This document shows, in pieces, positions 1-12,935 of a stretch of DNA of 64,000 nucleotides (positions are counted from its first letter, which is position 1; each line of letters starts with the position of its first letter). The notes under the pieces are model-generated. The model worked only from the letters and a program-made list of their open reading frames with translations. It was not told the origin of the DNA and made no database searches. The position numbers and the translations under genes are program-made. The stretch is from Okamejei kenojei (lineage: Eukaryota): contig CM069144.1 in assembly GCA_035221665.1 (NCBI GenBank), positions 29,078,001-29,142,000 of the forward strand. Reading direction: 5' to 3'.

Positions 1-329
1 AAAGCTGGAGTAGCGGGCAGCATCTCTGGGGAGAAAGGAATGGGTGACATATTGGGTCTTTTCCCCTTCATCTTAAACCTGTCCTCTGGTCCTTGATTCA
101 CCTACTCTGGGTAAGAGACTCTGTGCATCGTTATATATCCCTCCAAACCTTTCCTATCCATGTACCTGTCTTGTATGTGAGTGTGTGTATATATACACAC
201 GGATCTTTATTTTCTCTCTGATTTATCATATTGTTTACAGTGTACTGTGTTTACATATTCTGTTTTGCTGCAGCAAGTAAGAATTTAATTGTTCTATCTG
301 GGACATATAACAAAACATTTTGACTCTTG

Positions 330-482
330 ATATAGCCCTTAGGGCTAACGGAACCAAGGGATATGGGGAGAAAGCAGGAATGGGGTACTGATTTTGGATG
401 ATCAGCCATGATCATATTGAGTGGCGGTGCTGGCCTGAAGGGCCGACTGGACTACTCCTGCACCTATTTTCTATGTCTATGT
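330..482 (+). mobile_element. CR1/HER1-like LINE 3' tail fragment
   Basis: gggatatggggagaaagcagg...gatgatcagccatgatcatattga...ctactcctgcacctattttctatg; the same tail occurs at 22.5, 31.1, 32.3 and 45.5 kb. Confidence 0.75.
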
Positions 483-1774
483 ACCTAAATATATAATGTT
501 GGTTAATATAAATATGGTTAATTATGATACGTTGACAAAGAATTAAGTTTGGTATCTTTGCTGCACCTACTCTTGTGATATTCAATGCAACAAAGTCGAC
601 GGGAGCATTACTTCAGATCTGACCTGGGAGTGTTTAATCGAGCAGAATAGAAAGGGCTTTACAATGCATCGAACCCAAGTTCAACTATAATGGGAATATT
701 TGAGGAGTGATTAAATGAGCTAAACTGAGGCTCAGACCTAAGCTTTCCAATTTCTGAACTATTTGTGGAGGGAGTTTGATAGATTACCATAATACTTTAT
801 ACGATCTGAAAACTGATGGGACACTGTGGAATGACTTTATTCTCCTGTAGCTGATTTGGTGGTTCTGAAAGTGCATATAGGACCTCTAGACTTTAATGTT
901 CTATTAATGTATAATGAGTTATTCCATTTAAAATGCTCGATTTCAATCTTGGGGCAGTATGTCCTGTTTTAGTGAGCAAGTGGTATTTTCAAATCACAGT
1001 TTTGGGTATCTGATCCAGGCTTCAATGATTCTCTTTCCACTTTGCTGAACTTATTGGATTTATTGTGTACTTTCATTTCCAAGACGAGAAAGAATAACAA
1101 TGCTTGCTACAGATGACAATTTTCAAAAAATATATTTTTATGATTCCTAACAATAATTCAAAGTTAGGAAACAAATGTGTTAAATTTCAGTTCCAGATAG
1201 TATTAAAACAACAATATTAAAGTATGTCACACATGAACATGGAAGCCATGACTTTGTTTAGTGGGTATCTGAATTGTCCAAAATAGAAGACCATTTAGCA
1301 TTTCGAGTGGCTTTTTTAATGTGCAATCTTATTTGATCTTGTTCTCCCCCTCCTCCTGCATTTCCCTTTGATTTTCCTTTCTCCAAACGTTTTGAAGGCC
1401 ACCATTGAATCCGTCTCGATTGCACTATCAGGCAGTGCTTTCTAAATCCTAACACTGATTATACATGTTTTGGCTTCCCCATGTCAGCTTCTTATTGATC
1501 ATCTTGAATTTGTGCACTGATTAACAATGCCTCGACAATGAAGAGTTGTTTCTTTTTATTTACTGTATCTAAATGGTTCATGATTTTACACAAATCTCTT
1601 CTAACCTTCCACTTCAAACTCCCTCTTAGTTTTTCTACACTAGTTTTCCAAGGAAAACAACCACTAACTTTGCTAGCTTTATCTATCCAGTCTATGATCC
1701 ATCATGTAGAAACAAGGAACTTTCTACGATGGATCATATACTGGATAGATGCTAGTTTACAGGAAAAAATGGCA

Positions 1775-2093
1775 CAGGCGACATGGTGACACAGCAGTAG
1801 AGTTTCTGCCTTACACCGTTTCCTGCGGCACCGGACACCAGGGTTCGATCACGACTATGGGTGCTGTCTGTAGAGAATTTGTACATTCTCCCCGTGACCA
1901 CGTGGGTTTTCTCTGAGATCTTCAGTTTCCTCCCACACTCCAAAGACGTAGGTTAATTGGCTTGGTATAAGTGTAAATTGTCCTTAGTGTGTGTAGGGTA
2001 GCGTTAATGTGCGGGGATCGCTGGTCGGCGTGGACTCGGTGGGCTGAAGGGCCTGCTTCCCTGCTGTATCTTTAAACTAAACTAAACTAAACT
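1775..2093 (+). mobile_element. tRNA-derived SINE (HE1/V-SINE-like), near full length
   Basis: A-box/B-box-like head (tggtgacacagcag...gggttcgatc), conserved core tttgtacattctccccgtgacc...gtaaattgtcc, and (TAAAC)n tail. Confidence 0.8.
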
Positions 2094-2280
2094 CAAAGTG
2101 CTGGAGTAACTCTGCAGGTCAGACATTATCCCTGGAGAACATGGTAGGTGACGTTTCAGGTCAACATGGATAAGCGACATTTCTGGTATGAAGAAGAGTT
2201 CCGACATGAAACATCACCTATCCATGTTCTCCAGAGATGCTGCCTGACTGGCTGAGTTACTTCAGTACTTTCTGTTTTTA
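2090..2280. mobile_element. Penelope-derived fold-back element, degraded
   Basis: aaagtgctggagtaactc...gagttacttcagtacttt inverted arms around a degenerate tgaagaag...gaaacatcacc core. Confidence 0.6.
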
Positions 2281-2513
2281 ATTTATATGATCCATCTTTC
2301 TTGGAATAATTTTAATGAAACTCTTATCCAAAGCTTTCATATAGTTTGTCAAGTATAGGGACCACAATTGGACTGAATGAATATTCTAACTGGATTTGAT
2401 CTGTGTTTTATATTGGTGTGGCATAAATTATTGACTTATCCTGTGCCCTTCATGAAGGCCAGACTCCCGTATCCTGTACTTTCCAGTTAATTTGAAATGT
2501 CTCTTTCAAATTA

Positions 2514-4520
2514 ATTTTTTTTTTTATTTAAAAAAAAGTTTTTATTAGAGATAAACAATAAATTGGCAAACACATATTATGGTAGAAACATTTTATGTAC
2601 ATCAATCATACATTATTAATATTATCAATTGAATCATTCTGCCTCTAATAGTTTTTTGTTTTTTTTTATAGTTTAAGAGTAATAAAAAAGAGAGATTTTT
2701 TTTTTTTAAATCATAAGGAATGGAATAATTTATCATTAATACATCATTGGACATAAGATCAAGGAATATAGAATATAACTTTTCATCTGATCCTGAGTCC
2801 AAGTTTCAGTTAGGTTCCCCTGCCGAACCAATCTACCCTTTCAAATAATCGATGAATGAAGACCATATTCTAACAAAAAGTTCTTGTTTGTCCATTAAGG
2901 CAAATCTGATTCTTTCCAGGTGTAGGGTCTCTGACATTTCCATAATCCACATTTTAATTGTGGGGGTTATAGGACCTTTCCAAAATTTTAATATTAATTT
3001 CTTCCCGATTATTATACTGTAATCTAGGAAATGTATTTGTCTTGTTGTAAGTGTTAAACTTTGTTCTGATATTCCAAGTATTATTAGTTTTGAATCCGGA
3101 TCCAGTTTAGTATTAATAACTTTAGAAGTTATTCTAAAAATATCAATCCAGAAATTTTTAATTTTTATACAATTTGCAAAAGTATGTGTTAAGTTAGCCT
3201 CTAGATGCTGACATTTATCGCAGATAGGAGAGACATGTGGAAAGATTCTATTCAGTTTTACTTTAGAGTAATGTAATCAGTGTAATACTTTAAATTGTAT
3301 TAAAGCATGCCTGGCATTTAACGAGCATTGATGTATATATTGTAAACTTTTGTCCCAAATATCTTTTGTTATGGGTTGGCTTAATTCATTTTCCCATGTA
3401 TGTCTATATGATTCCGTCGATGGGACATCTTTTTAATTCCATAATTTTTCCATTGTGTGAAACCTTTATCCAGCATGGAAGGTTTGAATAATGGATTGTT
3501 TACAATAGGGAGACAGAGTTGTATATTATCCAATTTTAAAGCCTTTTTTAATTGTTTCCAGATTTGTGTACAACTATGTATGATAGGGTTTTCCCTATAG
3601 GTTTTTTTGTGCAATTTTATCGGTGCAAACATAATCGAACCGATTTCAAAAGGTAAACAGTCCTCCTTTTCCATACTTAACCAGTCTGGTTGTTGATCCA
3701 TTTCTTCCAACCAGAAATTCATATTTTTAACATGGACTGCCCAAAAAGAAAACAGAAAATTTGGTAGAGCTAAACCTCCATTAATCTTTGATTTACATAA
3801 ATGTTTTTTACTTATTCTATGATTCTTATAATCCCAAATGAAACTTGTAACAGTAGAGTCGACTTAAAAAAAAAAAGATTTTGGAATATATATCGGAATT
3901 GACTGGAATAAGTACAATAATTGCAGCAAAAAGATAATTTTTATAGCATTAATTCTACCGAACATTGAGATGGGAAGTGTTTTCCAATATTGAATATTTT
4001 TGTTTAGTTTATTTAGTAAAGGTGGGAAATTTGATTTAAATAAAGAAGTATACATCTTAGTTACATATACATACCTAAATATTTAAATTTTCCCTCAACT
4101 ATTTTAAAAGGTGATTGTTGTAATGTATGTAAATTGAGTTCCGTTATTGGCATGATTTTGCTTTTATTCCAATTAATTCTATATCCTGAAAACTGACCAA
4201 ATTGAGTTATTAGATATAATAAATTTGGAATACTAGTTTCTGGCTTTGTAATATATATTAATACATCATCTGCATATAAAGAGATTTTATTCATTGTGTC
4301 TTTAGTATTGTACCCATGTATTTCAGGAAGAGCTCTGACACTTTCTGCGAGTGGTTCAATTGCTAGAGCGAATAATAATGGGGATAGTGGGCATCCTTGT
4401 CTACAACGACTAGAAAGATTAAATTTAGTTTATAACACTTGGTTTGTTAGTATTCTAGCTGTTGGGTTAGAATATAAAAGTTTAACCCATGTACAGTACT
4501 TCTCTCCCAAATGAAAATTT
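2514..4520 (-). mobile_element. L1-clade LINE, 5'-truncated, frameshifted ORF2 3' half
   Basis: Minus-strand peptides RQGCPLSPLLFALAIEPLA, KISLYADDVL, SGYRINWNKSKI, WKTLPISMFGRINAIK and the CCHC knuckle CDKCQHLEANLTHTFANC; poly(A) tail at ~2514-2530. Confidence 0.88.
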
Positions 4521-4739
4521 TCCATCACCGAAAATAAATTTATATTTGTACTCAGACCTATCGATTCCTATCTCCTTGTTCTACAATGAAAATAAAACAA
4601 TTTTTCTTGTATGTTCTCTCATGCTTTCAACAGAGTGGTGTCACCCAACTCCTTTTTACATTGAATTCCTTCAATCATTTTGACTGCTAATTCCATTGAC
4701 CAGTCCAGACCATGGCGTTCTGCACGATTTGTGCATAGA

Positions 4740-5392
4740 TAGTCATTACTTGATTGAGTTTTTTTGAGGTGATGACAAAGGAGATTGATGCGTGCATGGT
4801 GGTGGATGTTGTATACATGGATTTTAGTAAGGCTTTTGATGAGGTCTCTCATGGTAGGCTGATCCAGAAGATTAAGATGTACAAGATTCATGATGACTTG
4901 GTCGTATGGATTCAGAACTGGCTTAGTCTTAGACGATAGAGGGTTATGGTGGAAGGTAGAATGCGGCCTGAATTAGAGGGTTTCAGCTACAGAGATCGGT
5001 TGCATAGACTTGGATTGATTTCTCTGGAGCATCGGAAGTTAAGGGGAGACTTGATAGAACTATATAAAAATATAAGAGAAATTGTTAATGTAGACAGTCA
5101 GAACCTTTTCCGCATGGTGGGAATGTCCATTGCGATAAGGTCAGAGGGGGAAAGTTTAATGGAGATGTATGGGACAATTTTTTTTACAGTGGCGGGGGCC
5201 TGGAACACATTGCCAAGGGTGCTGGTGAAGGCAGATACAATTGTGGCCTTTAGGAGGCTTTTAGATAATCACATGAAGTACAGGAAATAGAGGAATATGG
5301 ATCATGAGATCAGCTTAACTAGGCATCATGTTCACACAAACATAGCGGACCAAAGGGCCCGTTCCTGTGCTGAACTGTTCTATGTTCTACTG
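4740..5392 (+). mobile_element. CR1-clade LINE fragment, internally deleted
   Basis: VDVVYMDFSKAFDEVSHGRLIQKI joined directly to the C-terminal LEHRKLRGDLIELYK segment and a CR1 3' tail. Confidence 0.85.
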
Positions 5393-5435
5393 CACGGGAA
5401 TGTAACTCATGCGGAATTTTATTTTTTACTTTTAG

Positions 5436-5585
5436 AAACCCTGTGTCTACCTATGGTCCTGTCAACTTTCAGCCACTATTCGTTCTTTCACATGGCAGCA
5501 AACATGTACGTGTTATGGAGTTTCTCCTCCAGCATCGTATCACTTCTCGGGCAGGAGCAGTTCATGGCCGTTTACCTATCAGCAG
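5436..5585 (+). CDS. PARL: PARL coding exon (equivalent to human exon 6), mitochondrial rhomboid protease
   Basis: tttag|AAACC...GCAG|gtagc, 150 nt; encodes [50 protein letters not shown], the rhomboid FSH...HMAANM segment of PARL. Earlier exons are not in the window. Confidence 0.95.
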
Positions 5586-5859
5586 GTAGCACACTTTCAT
5601 TTTGAAATGTAATATCTATGGCAGTGTATTTGGATCTTAAGGAAACTTCCACACAGAAAATATAACGTTGAAAGAGACCAATGCTACCTGTTGGATTTTC
5701 CCTGCAACCTATTCAGGAGAGTGAGGTACCAGAGGAGCCTCCCAGGATATGGGAGCAGATCCGACCTTTGGATTAACATCATAACATTGCATTTTGTACA
5801 GCATAAAGTGTTTAGCACATCAGATAGAATCAATTTCTTCACATCAGGAAGACATTTTA

Positions 5860-6059
5860 GGGACTGCACAATGGCGCAGCTGATAATGTCGGCTCAAGGA
5901 GTTGGAAACCTGGTTGGATCCTGATCCTGGGTGCTGTCTGTCTGGAGTTTGCACGTTCTCCCTGTGACTGCGTGGCTTTCCTCTGGATGCTCAGGTTTCC
6001 TCCCACTTCTGACAGATGTTCATGTTTGTGAGTTAATTGGTCTCTGTAAATTGCCCTAA
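5860..6059 (+). mobile_element. tRNA-derived SINE 5' part, cut at the Rex1 insertion
   Basis: gtgctgtctgtctggagtttgcacgttctccctgtgac...gtaaattgcccta core. Confidence 0.75.
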
Positions 6060-6077
6060 TTAGGGTTAGGGCAATTT

Positions 6078-8609
6078 ACTGTGCATTTATGTGAACAACT
6101 CATGGTGTACAGATGCTGTCAGGATTGGTAGTCACTGCTCTGCTGACCTGGAATACCTGATGATAAAGTGCAGGCCCTTCTATTTGCCCAGGGAATTTAC
6201 ATTGATTGTTATCACTGCAGTATATGTACCCCCAGACGCTAATGCCAGGCTAGCAATGGAGGAGCTGCAAGATGCTATAAGCAAACAACTAGCTGCACAC
6301 CCAGAGGAGGCTTTTATTGTTGCAGGTGATTTTAACCACTCCAACCTTAAAACTGTACTCCCCAGATTCTACCAACATGTCTCCTGCCCAACCAGAGGAA
6401 ACAAGACTCTGGACCTAGTATACACCAATATTACTGAAGCTTACAAAGCCCTCCCCCTCCCCCACCTGGGACAGTCTGACCACCTCTCTCTGTTCCTGCT
6501 CCCCAAATACACACCTCTGATCAGACGCGTGAAACCTGCAGTGAGGACAGTGAAGGTCTGGCCTGAGGGGGCTGTCTCTGTCTTACAGGAACAGTTTCAG
6601 CAAACAGACTGGAGTCTGTTCGCCACTCAGGCCACCTTCAACTCGCAAGTGAATATCAACTCATACACCTCAACCGTTCTGGACTATATAAAATTCTGCA
6701 CGGACAACGTCACTACCCACAAAGACCTTCCCTAACCAGAAGCCGTGGCTGAGCAGGGAGGTCAGATTCCTGCTGAAGGCTCGCGACGCCGCTTTTAAAT
6801 CTGGCGACGCTGAGGGATACAGCTCATCCAGGGCCAATCTGAAAAAGGGAATTAGGAATGCTAAACTCAATCACAAACGGCGGATCGAGGAGCATTTCCG
6901 AAACAACTCTGACCCCAGGCGTATGTGGCAAGGAATAAAATCCATTGCCGATTACCATAAAGTCAACACCCCCCCAGACAATGCCTCCCTTCCTGACGAG
7001 CTAAACCATTTCTACGCCCGCTTTGACCGGGACAACAAAACTCCAGCCATCAAAGTTGCTCCACCCCCATGTGAACAACCCCTCAGTCTCTCCACCTCTG
7101 CTGTACAAGATGCACTGAGCAAGGTGAATGAGCACAAAGCTGCTGGCCCCGATGGCATCCCCGGGCGGGTGCTCAGGGCATGTGCTGGACAACTATCCCC
7201 GGTCCTCACTGACATTTTCAATCTGTCACTGGCCCAGGGTGTCATCCCCACTTGCCTCAAGACATCTACCATTGTGCCAGTGCCCAAACAATCAGCGACA
7301 GGGAGTCTCAACGATTTCCGGCCAGTGGCACTCACCCCTGTCATAGCCAAGTGCTTCGAGCGGTTGATCTTGGCTCACCTCAAAGCCAGCCTCCCCCCCA
7401 CACTGGACCCCCATCAGTTTGCCTACCGGTCCGACAGGTCTACAGAGGACGCCATATCGGCGGCCCTACACTCTGCCCTGACCCACCTGGACAGCAATAA
7501 CACCTACATCAGGCTGCTGTTCATTGACTTCAGCTCCGCCTTTAACACTGTCATACCCGCTAGCTTGATCACCAAACTCAGTGGTCTTGGCATCTCCACT
7601 TCCCTCTGCAACTGGATACTGGACTTCTTCACTAACAGACCACAGTCTGTTAGGATCAACAACCTCACCTCCTCCACTATAACACTGAACACTGGCGTGC
7701 CACAGGGCTGTGTGCTCAGTCCTCTCCTCTACTCTCTCTTCACCCATGACTGCATCCCTACGTATGGCTCCAACGCCATCATAAAATTTGCCGACGCCAC
7801 CACGGTGGTAGGACTGATCAGCGACAACGACGAGTCAGCCTACAGGGAGGAGGTCCAGCACCTGACAACCTGGTGTGCCGATAATAACCTCGTCCTCAAC
7901 TCCCAGAAGACGAAGGAAATCATTGTCGACTTCAGGAAGAACAGAGGGGGCAGACACACCCCCATCCATATAAACGGGACTGAGGTGGAGCGGGTCTCCA
8001 ACTACAAATTCCTCGGAGTACACATCTCGGAGGATCTGTCCTGGTCCCTCAACACCTCCAAGCTGATCAAAAAGGCGCAGCAGCGCCTTTACTTCCTGAG
8101 GAGGCTCAAAAAAGCCCACCTGTCCCCCCTGATCCTGACCAACTTCTACCGATGCACCATTGAAAGCATCCTGACCACCTGCTTTACGGTATGGTACAGC
8201 AGTTGCACCATAGCAGACAGGAAGGCACTACAACGGGTGATGAAAACCGCCCAGCACATCATCGGTGCCCCGCTCCCTGCATGGATGCCCTCCACCGAAA
8301 GCGGTGTCTGAGACGGGCTGGGAAGATCATCAAGGACCCCTCCCACCCTAACCATGGACTGTTTGTCCTCCTACCATCGGGGAGGCGGTACAGGAGCCTC
8401 AGGTCCCGCACCAGCAGGATGAGGAGTAGCTTCTATAATAACACCAACGCACAGCTGAATTCAAAGTCCTGCCGATAGATTTCCACACCTGTATTTATTT
8501 ATCTGTATTTACCTATATATTGCTATCACTTCGTACTGTCACTAAACTGCATTTCGTTGTACCCATACTTGTATCTGTGCAATGACATTAAAGTTGAATT
8601 GAATTGAAT
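6078..8609 (+). mobile_element. Rex1/Babar-clade LINE (APE endonuclease + RT), 5'-truncated, in a PARL intron
   Basis: CIYVNNSWC, CRPFYLPREF, IVAGDFNH, GQSDH (APE); KAAGPDGIP, LFIDFSSAFNT, GVPQGCVLSP (RT); frameshifts near 6725 and 8280; ends ATTAAA plus (TTGAA)n. Confidence 0.92.
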
Positions 8610-8824
8610 AATGTTTTTTTCATGACCGATCCCCATATTGTTTATTTACTGAATTAGAGGAATGGCAGAGTTACTTTTGTGAATTTTTTATTTCTCTTAA
8701 CTTTTGCCCTGATATTTTTATTTGTCTCGTTTATTCCAATATACCTTTCATCTCTTAACTGGCATTCTCTGTACATTAGCTAGTCCATATGTTCATTGCC
8801 ATATGTCTTTTTTTCTCTTTCTAG

Positions 8825-8895
8825 GGGTTATTTCTACATTTACAAGTTATTTATATAAAACGGGCACTGGTCGATTGGGCGCATCCCTTGGAGCT
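8825..8895 (+). CDS. PARL: PARL coding exon (exon 7 equivalent)
   Basis: ctag|GGGTT...GGAGCT|gtgagt, 71 nt, phase fits the previous exon; encodes GVISTFTSYLYKTGTGRLGASLGA. Confidence 0.95.
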
Positions 8896-9693
8896 GTGAG
8901 TATACTTGTAATTTGAATTAATTAACAATGTGCTGCTCATCAAGATATTTGTGTAGTTTCACCATGAACAATTGAACATCATTGCATCAACAGCCTTTGT
9001 GAACTAATCTGGAAAATAACCTCATGGAAGTAAAGGTTTAATGTGTCCTGCAAGTTACATTTTGTTTTTTCCCAGTTTTCCAGCTGGACTCATCGTTTAT
9101 CTATCTGTTATAAACTAAATACTCCCAACTGATCCTTTACTTATTTATCTGATTACATTAACCATGTTATCCTGCTCTCCCCAATCTTTTAACGTACCCA
9201 ACGTTCCAGTTCCATGAAACTGTTATCTGGTTGATTTTGAAATATTCATCTGTCAGTGACTGATTGGTCTAAGTCCATGCATGTCTTGAGCAGACCTCTT
9301 AGAGAATATTTCAATGTCATGCTCACCTGGTCCCTGTTATAAGGGCGTTGCCTAAATCACACTGTTCGGAGATGCCAGAATACCTACTGCCCATAGAAAT
9401 ACTCAAAAACATTTTTTTAAAGAGACTCAGCCATACTCCCTGACTGTCAACTATGAAGAAATCAATGATGTTTCTAAATGTCTTTGACATTCAAAAACTT
9501 TTAAAATAAATCAAATTATTTTTAAAAATAATAATGTTTGAGGAAATAAAAATAAAAATCTTTGAGTAACATCTTCTGGTGCTGCGTGGAATCAGAAAAC
9601 CTCTAGTGTGTTTTTTATTACCAGAAATTACTATTTTGCTACCTTAATATCGGTCAAACGTTTTTAAGCTACTGTTTTGTCTTCTCTTTCCAG

Positions 9694-9795
9694 TCTGGTG
9701 CAATAATGGCTGTACTTGCTGCAGTCTGCTCCAAAATGCCTGAAGCAAAGCTGGCTATAATCCTACTGCCTATGTTCACCTTTACAGCCAGCAGC
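9694..9795 (+). CDS. PARL: PARL coding exon (exon 8 equivalent) carrying the catalytic Ser
   Basis: ttccag|TCTGGT...AGCAGC|gtaagt, 102 nt; encodes SGAIMAVLAAVCSKMPEAKLAIILLPMFTFTASS and completes the GASG rhomboid motif. Confidence 0.95.
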
Positions 9796-9883
9796 GTAAG
9801 TGTTGGCTGAACTTTATAAATTTAGTGCAATTAACTTTTTGTTTGGCATCTAGTCGCAGTTTGTTTGCTGCTATACACTAAGA

Positions 9884-10688
9884 CAGGGGTCTCTACTCTA
9901 TGGCCTACATCCGGTCCGCCACGAGATTTTATCTGGCCCGCAGCAAGCGGTAGGTAGCGGTAGGTTCTGTGGTAGCGCAGTTCTAGAGATGCGGCGCAGA
10001 AACATCGAAGTGATGCCCGCATGCACTAGCAATATCCTACACACACTCGAGACAAATTCAATTAACCTGCAAACGTGCAGTGTGAGAGGAAACCAGAGCA
10101 CCTGAAGAAACTCCGTACAGACAGCACCCGTAATCAGGATGGAACCCGTGTCTCTGGCGCTGTGAGGCAGCGACTCATGCTGCGCCACCGTGCCACTGCT
10201 CCCATGTTGCAAAGGCAAGTTGTGCGGGATGATAGCGTGGGGTGGGGATTGGAGCGAGGGGGAGCTTGTTGGCGGCAGGGTAGGCAGGGATCGGTGTGTA
10301 GCGGTCTCCCCCCGTGAGGGTGACCCGTGAACAGCTCCCGCACCGGGGCGCCACACTGACCTGGACCCTTTGACCGGGTCTCCACCGACGTGGGCCGGCG
10401 CGGCCAGGGGATATCCCCCTCTCCCCCTCCCCTCTCCCTCTCCCTGCGGGTCTGTGTGTGTTTCGGTATGTGGGAGTCCACGTTTTGCGGGTGCGTTTCT
10501 ATGTCACTGTGTGTGTGTGTCACTGTATGTATGTCACTGTATGTATGTCAGTGTGTGTTGTCGGGTGTGTGTGTGGCAGGGTGTGTGTGTGCGCGTGTGT
10601 GTCACATTTCTTTATTTTTTCCTACGGCCCGCAAAAATGTGCCTAATATATAATGTGGCCCTCATGCTGAAAGGTTTGGAGGCCCCTG
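9884..10688. mobile_element. Non-autonomous hAT (Charlie-like) element containing a nested SINE and GT microsatellite
   Basis: Termini CAGGGGTCTC / GAGGCCCCTG; flanks cactaaga / cactaaag (decayed 8-bp TSD); minus-strand SINE at ~10020-10200. Confidence 0.65.
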
Positions 10689-10931
10689 CACTAAAGGAAT
10701 AGTGGCCCAGTAGCATTGAGTCCGATCAGGTCTATGTCAGCAAAGTGCTGGCATTCGTTCACCGAAAAATATTTGTGCAGCTGTGGCATAATCTGTCAGA
10801 TCTTGCCATTTTAATGATTCACTATCTCAGCTTGACAGGGTGGGATTCTAAGTCTGGGCTGTTGGTCAAGCACCCTAACTACTTGACGTCGTATATTTAT
10901 GCGGTAAACACCATTTCATAGACGGTATGAC

Positions 10932-11150
10932 CAGGTCATCCCCAAATTACGACAGGGTTCCATTGTGAAATACTGTTCATAAACCAAGCAGATCACAAGT
11001 CAGAAATTTGGTTGTGAATCGAGTTCTCACATGGCATGACACGACGGTAGTCTTGCAACGGCTAGCAAACCGATCCCGCCGGTCTCCCATGTACTTGTTC
11101 ATATGTACAAGGTGCACATAAGTCGGATGATTGTGAAGTGGGAGGATCTT
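10932..11150. mobile_element. Old Tigger/MER2-like MITE remnant
   Basis: caggtcatccccaaattacgac...gtaagtcgg...gtgaagtgggagga ends; a similar remnant lies at ~14250-14526. Confidence 0.35.
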
Positions 11151-11504
11151 TATAATGACAGTTATTTAAATTAAGATTGGCTTCAGTGCAATTGCTGTGC
11201 ACAGCAGTGCGTAATCTCATAACAATGAAAACAAAACTCTTCTGTCAATTAGAAAATAAGTAATTTGATGTAATTCTTACCCTTTAATCATCATCTCATG
11301 ACATGTGACTGACATTGCATTTCTTGTGATGTTCGCCTTAAGTATAAGACGCAGAGCAAAGAATAACTTGATTAAGCACTGATTTTTAGAGTTGAACGAT
11401 TGTGATTGTTATTGTTTAAGAACAAAATCCCAGTTTTTCCAAAGGTGGGCAGCTGTAGTTTTTTGCAGAAGTGGTTTCAGCTGTCTTTTATCCCTCTTTT
11501 GTAG

Positions 11505-11602
11505 GCTCTGAAAGCAATTATTGCCATGGATACAGCAGGCCTAATTTTGGGATGGAGATTTTTTGACCATGCAGCTCACTTGGGTGGTGCACTTTTTGGA
11601 AT
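11505..11602 (+). CDS. PARL: PARL coding exon (exon 9 equivalent) carrying the catalytic His
   Basis: tgtag|GCTCTG...GGAAT|gtgagt, 98 nt; encodes ALKAIIAMDTAGLILGWRFFDHAAHLGGALFG (AHLGG motif). Confidence 0.95.
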
Positions 11603-11804
11603 GTGAGTCTCAAATGATTTCATTTTAATTTATTTTAAATCCAGTCAGCAGTTTCTTCTATGACATATAAAAATAAAGCTTTTCAAATGGGTTCAATATA
11701 TATTGGTTGTAAAATAAAATGGTGGATATCAGACTAAACTATTAAAGGTAATTAGTAAATTTCCAGTTGAATAAAAATGGGGTGCTGCAACCACATTCCA
11801 TTGG

Positions 11805-12075
11805 TTTAATTTAGTTTGGAGATACAGCGCAGAATTAGGCCCTTCCGCCCACTGATTCCGCACCAACCAGCTCCATACACCAGTACTATCCTACACACTA
11901 GGGACAATTTACAATCTTCACCAAAGCCTACAAACCGTGTGTATGTCTTTGGAGTGTGGGAGGAAACCGGAGCACCTGGCGAAACCCCACGGTCAAAGTG
12001 AGAACGTACAAAATTCGTACACACAACACCCGTAGTCAGGATAAAACCCAGGTGTCTGGCGCTGCACCACAGTAC
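11805..12075 (-). mobile_element. tRNA-derived SINE
   Basis: Reverse complement of the family at 1775-2093 (tttagtttggagatacagcg...gggacaatttac...aaccggagcacc). Confidence 0.78.
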
Positions 12076-12464
12076 TGCCCCAAGGTTATTAGGGAAAAGA
12101 TGCAAACTCTCCGGGCAACCTACTTACCTCCCGAGAAGTGCACTCATATCTCCTACGCTTAGCTCAGCTGCATTTTATACATGGCAAAGGACTTAAGACG
12201 GGTCATATAGGCCAAATACAGGCAAATGGGACAAGCTCGGGTAGGCTCCTTGATCGGCATGGAGGAATTTGGCCAAAGTGCATGTCCATGCTGTAGGCCT
12301 GTGATTTACATGATACAATGCTGTACTTGTGACTCAGCCCGGCAGGATACTATATGATTCATAGCCCTGTTCTAGCTGGTATGCTTTCAAATCATATATA
12401 TATTGATTATTATTGTTGAAATTACTATGGTACATACAACAAAAATATAACACAGGAGATGCAA

Positions 12465-12935
12465 GATACTGCAGATGCTGGAATCTCTAGCAAAACATAA
12501 AGTGCTGCAGGAACTCAGTAGCTCAGGATGACATACTGGTCAACCTGAGGAGTACCTTCAACAACAGACTAGTTCCACCAAGATGCAATACAGAACACCA
12601 CAGGAGATCCTTCTTCCCTGTGGCAATTGTACAACTCCTCCCCCTTCTGTCGTGAGTTAGACTGACTCCCTGCCCCAATGTATGCACATCCCCAACCCTT
12701 TCCACTCATCACTTTAATTTCATATTTCATGTATTTTGTGTTTTATGATTGTTGGCAGATCAATTTCCCTCCTGGGATAAATAAAGTTGTATCGTATCTA
12801 TGAAAGGAATGGAGACACAATGTATCGGGTTGGGACCTTTCTTCAGGCCCAATCTGAAGAAGGATCTCGGCCCAAAACGTGGTGTGTGTCCTTTCCTTTC
12901 ACAGTTGCTGCCTGAGCTGTCGCGTTTTGCTAAAA
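12465..12935. mobile_element. Penelope-type fold-back element interrupted by a Rex1-like LINE 3' fragment (12530-12800)
   Basis: actgcagatgctggaatc...gaactcag, then a LINE tail ending aataaagttgtatcgtatc, then cttcagg...ctgaagaagg...tgctgcctga. Confidence 0.65.

Noticed and set aside
1775-1860. tRNA gene
   Set aside because: The A/B boxes belong to a SINE head that continues into SINE core and tail; no cloverleaf is evident.
1-5435. Possible earlier PARL exon (e.g. ggtatctttgctgca at ~551)
   Set aside because: The downstream translation does not match the expected GIIAANV...WRVP exon and there are no suitable splice sites; earlier exons lie upstream of the window.
7001-8355. Overlapping antisense and alternate-frame ORFs in the Rex1 element
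   Set aside because: They are expected shadows of a GC-rich coding sequence.
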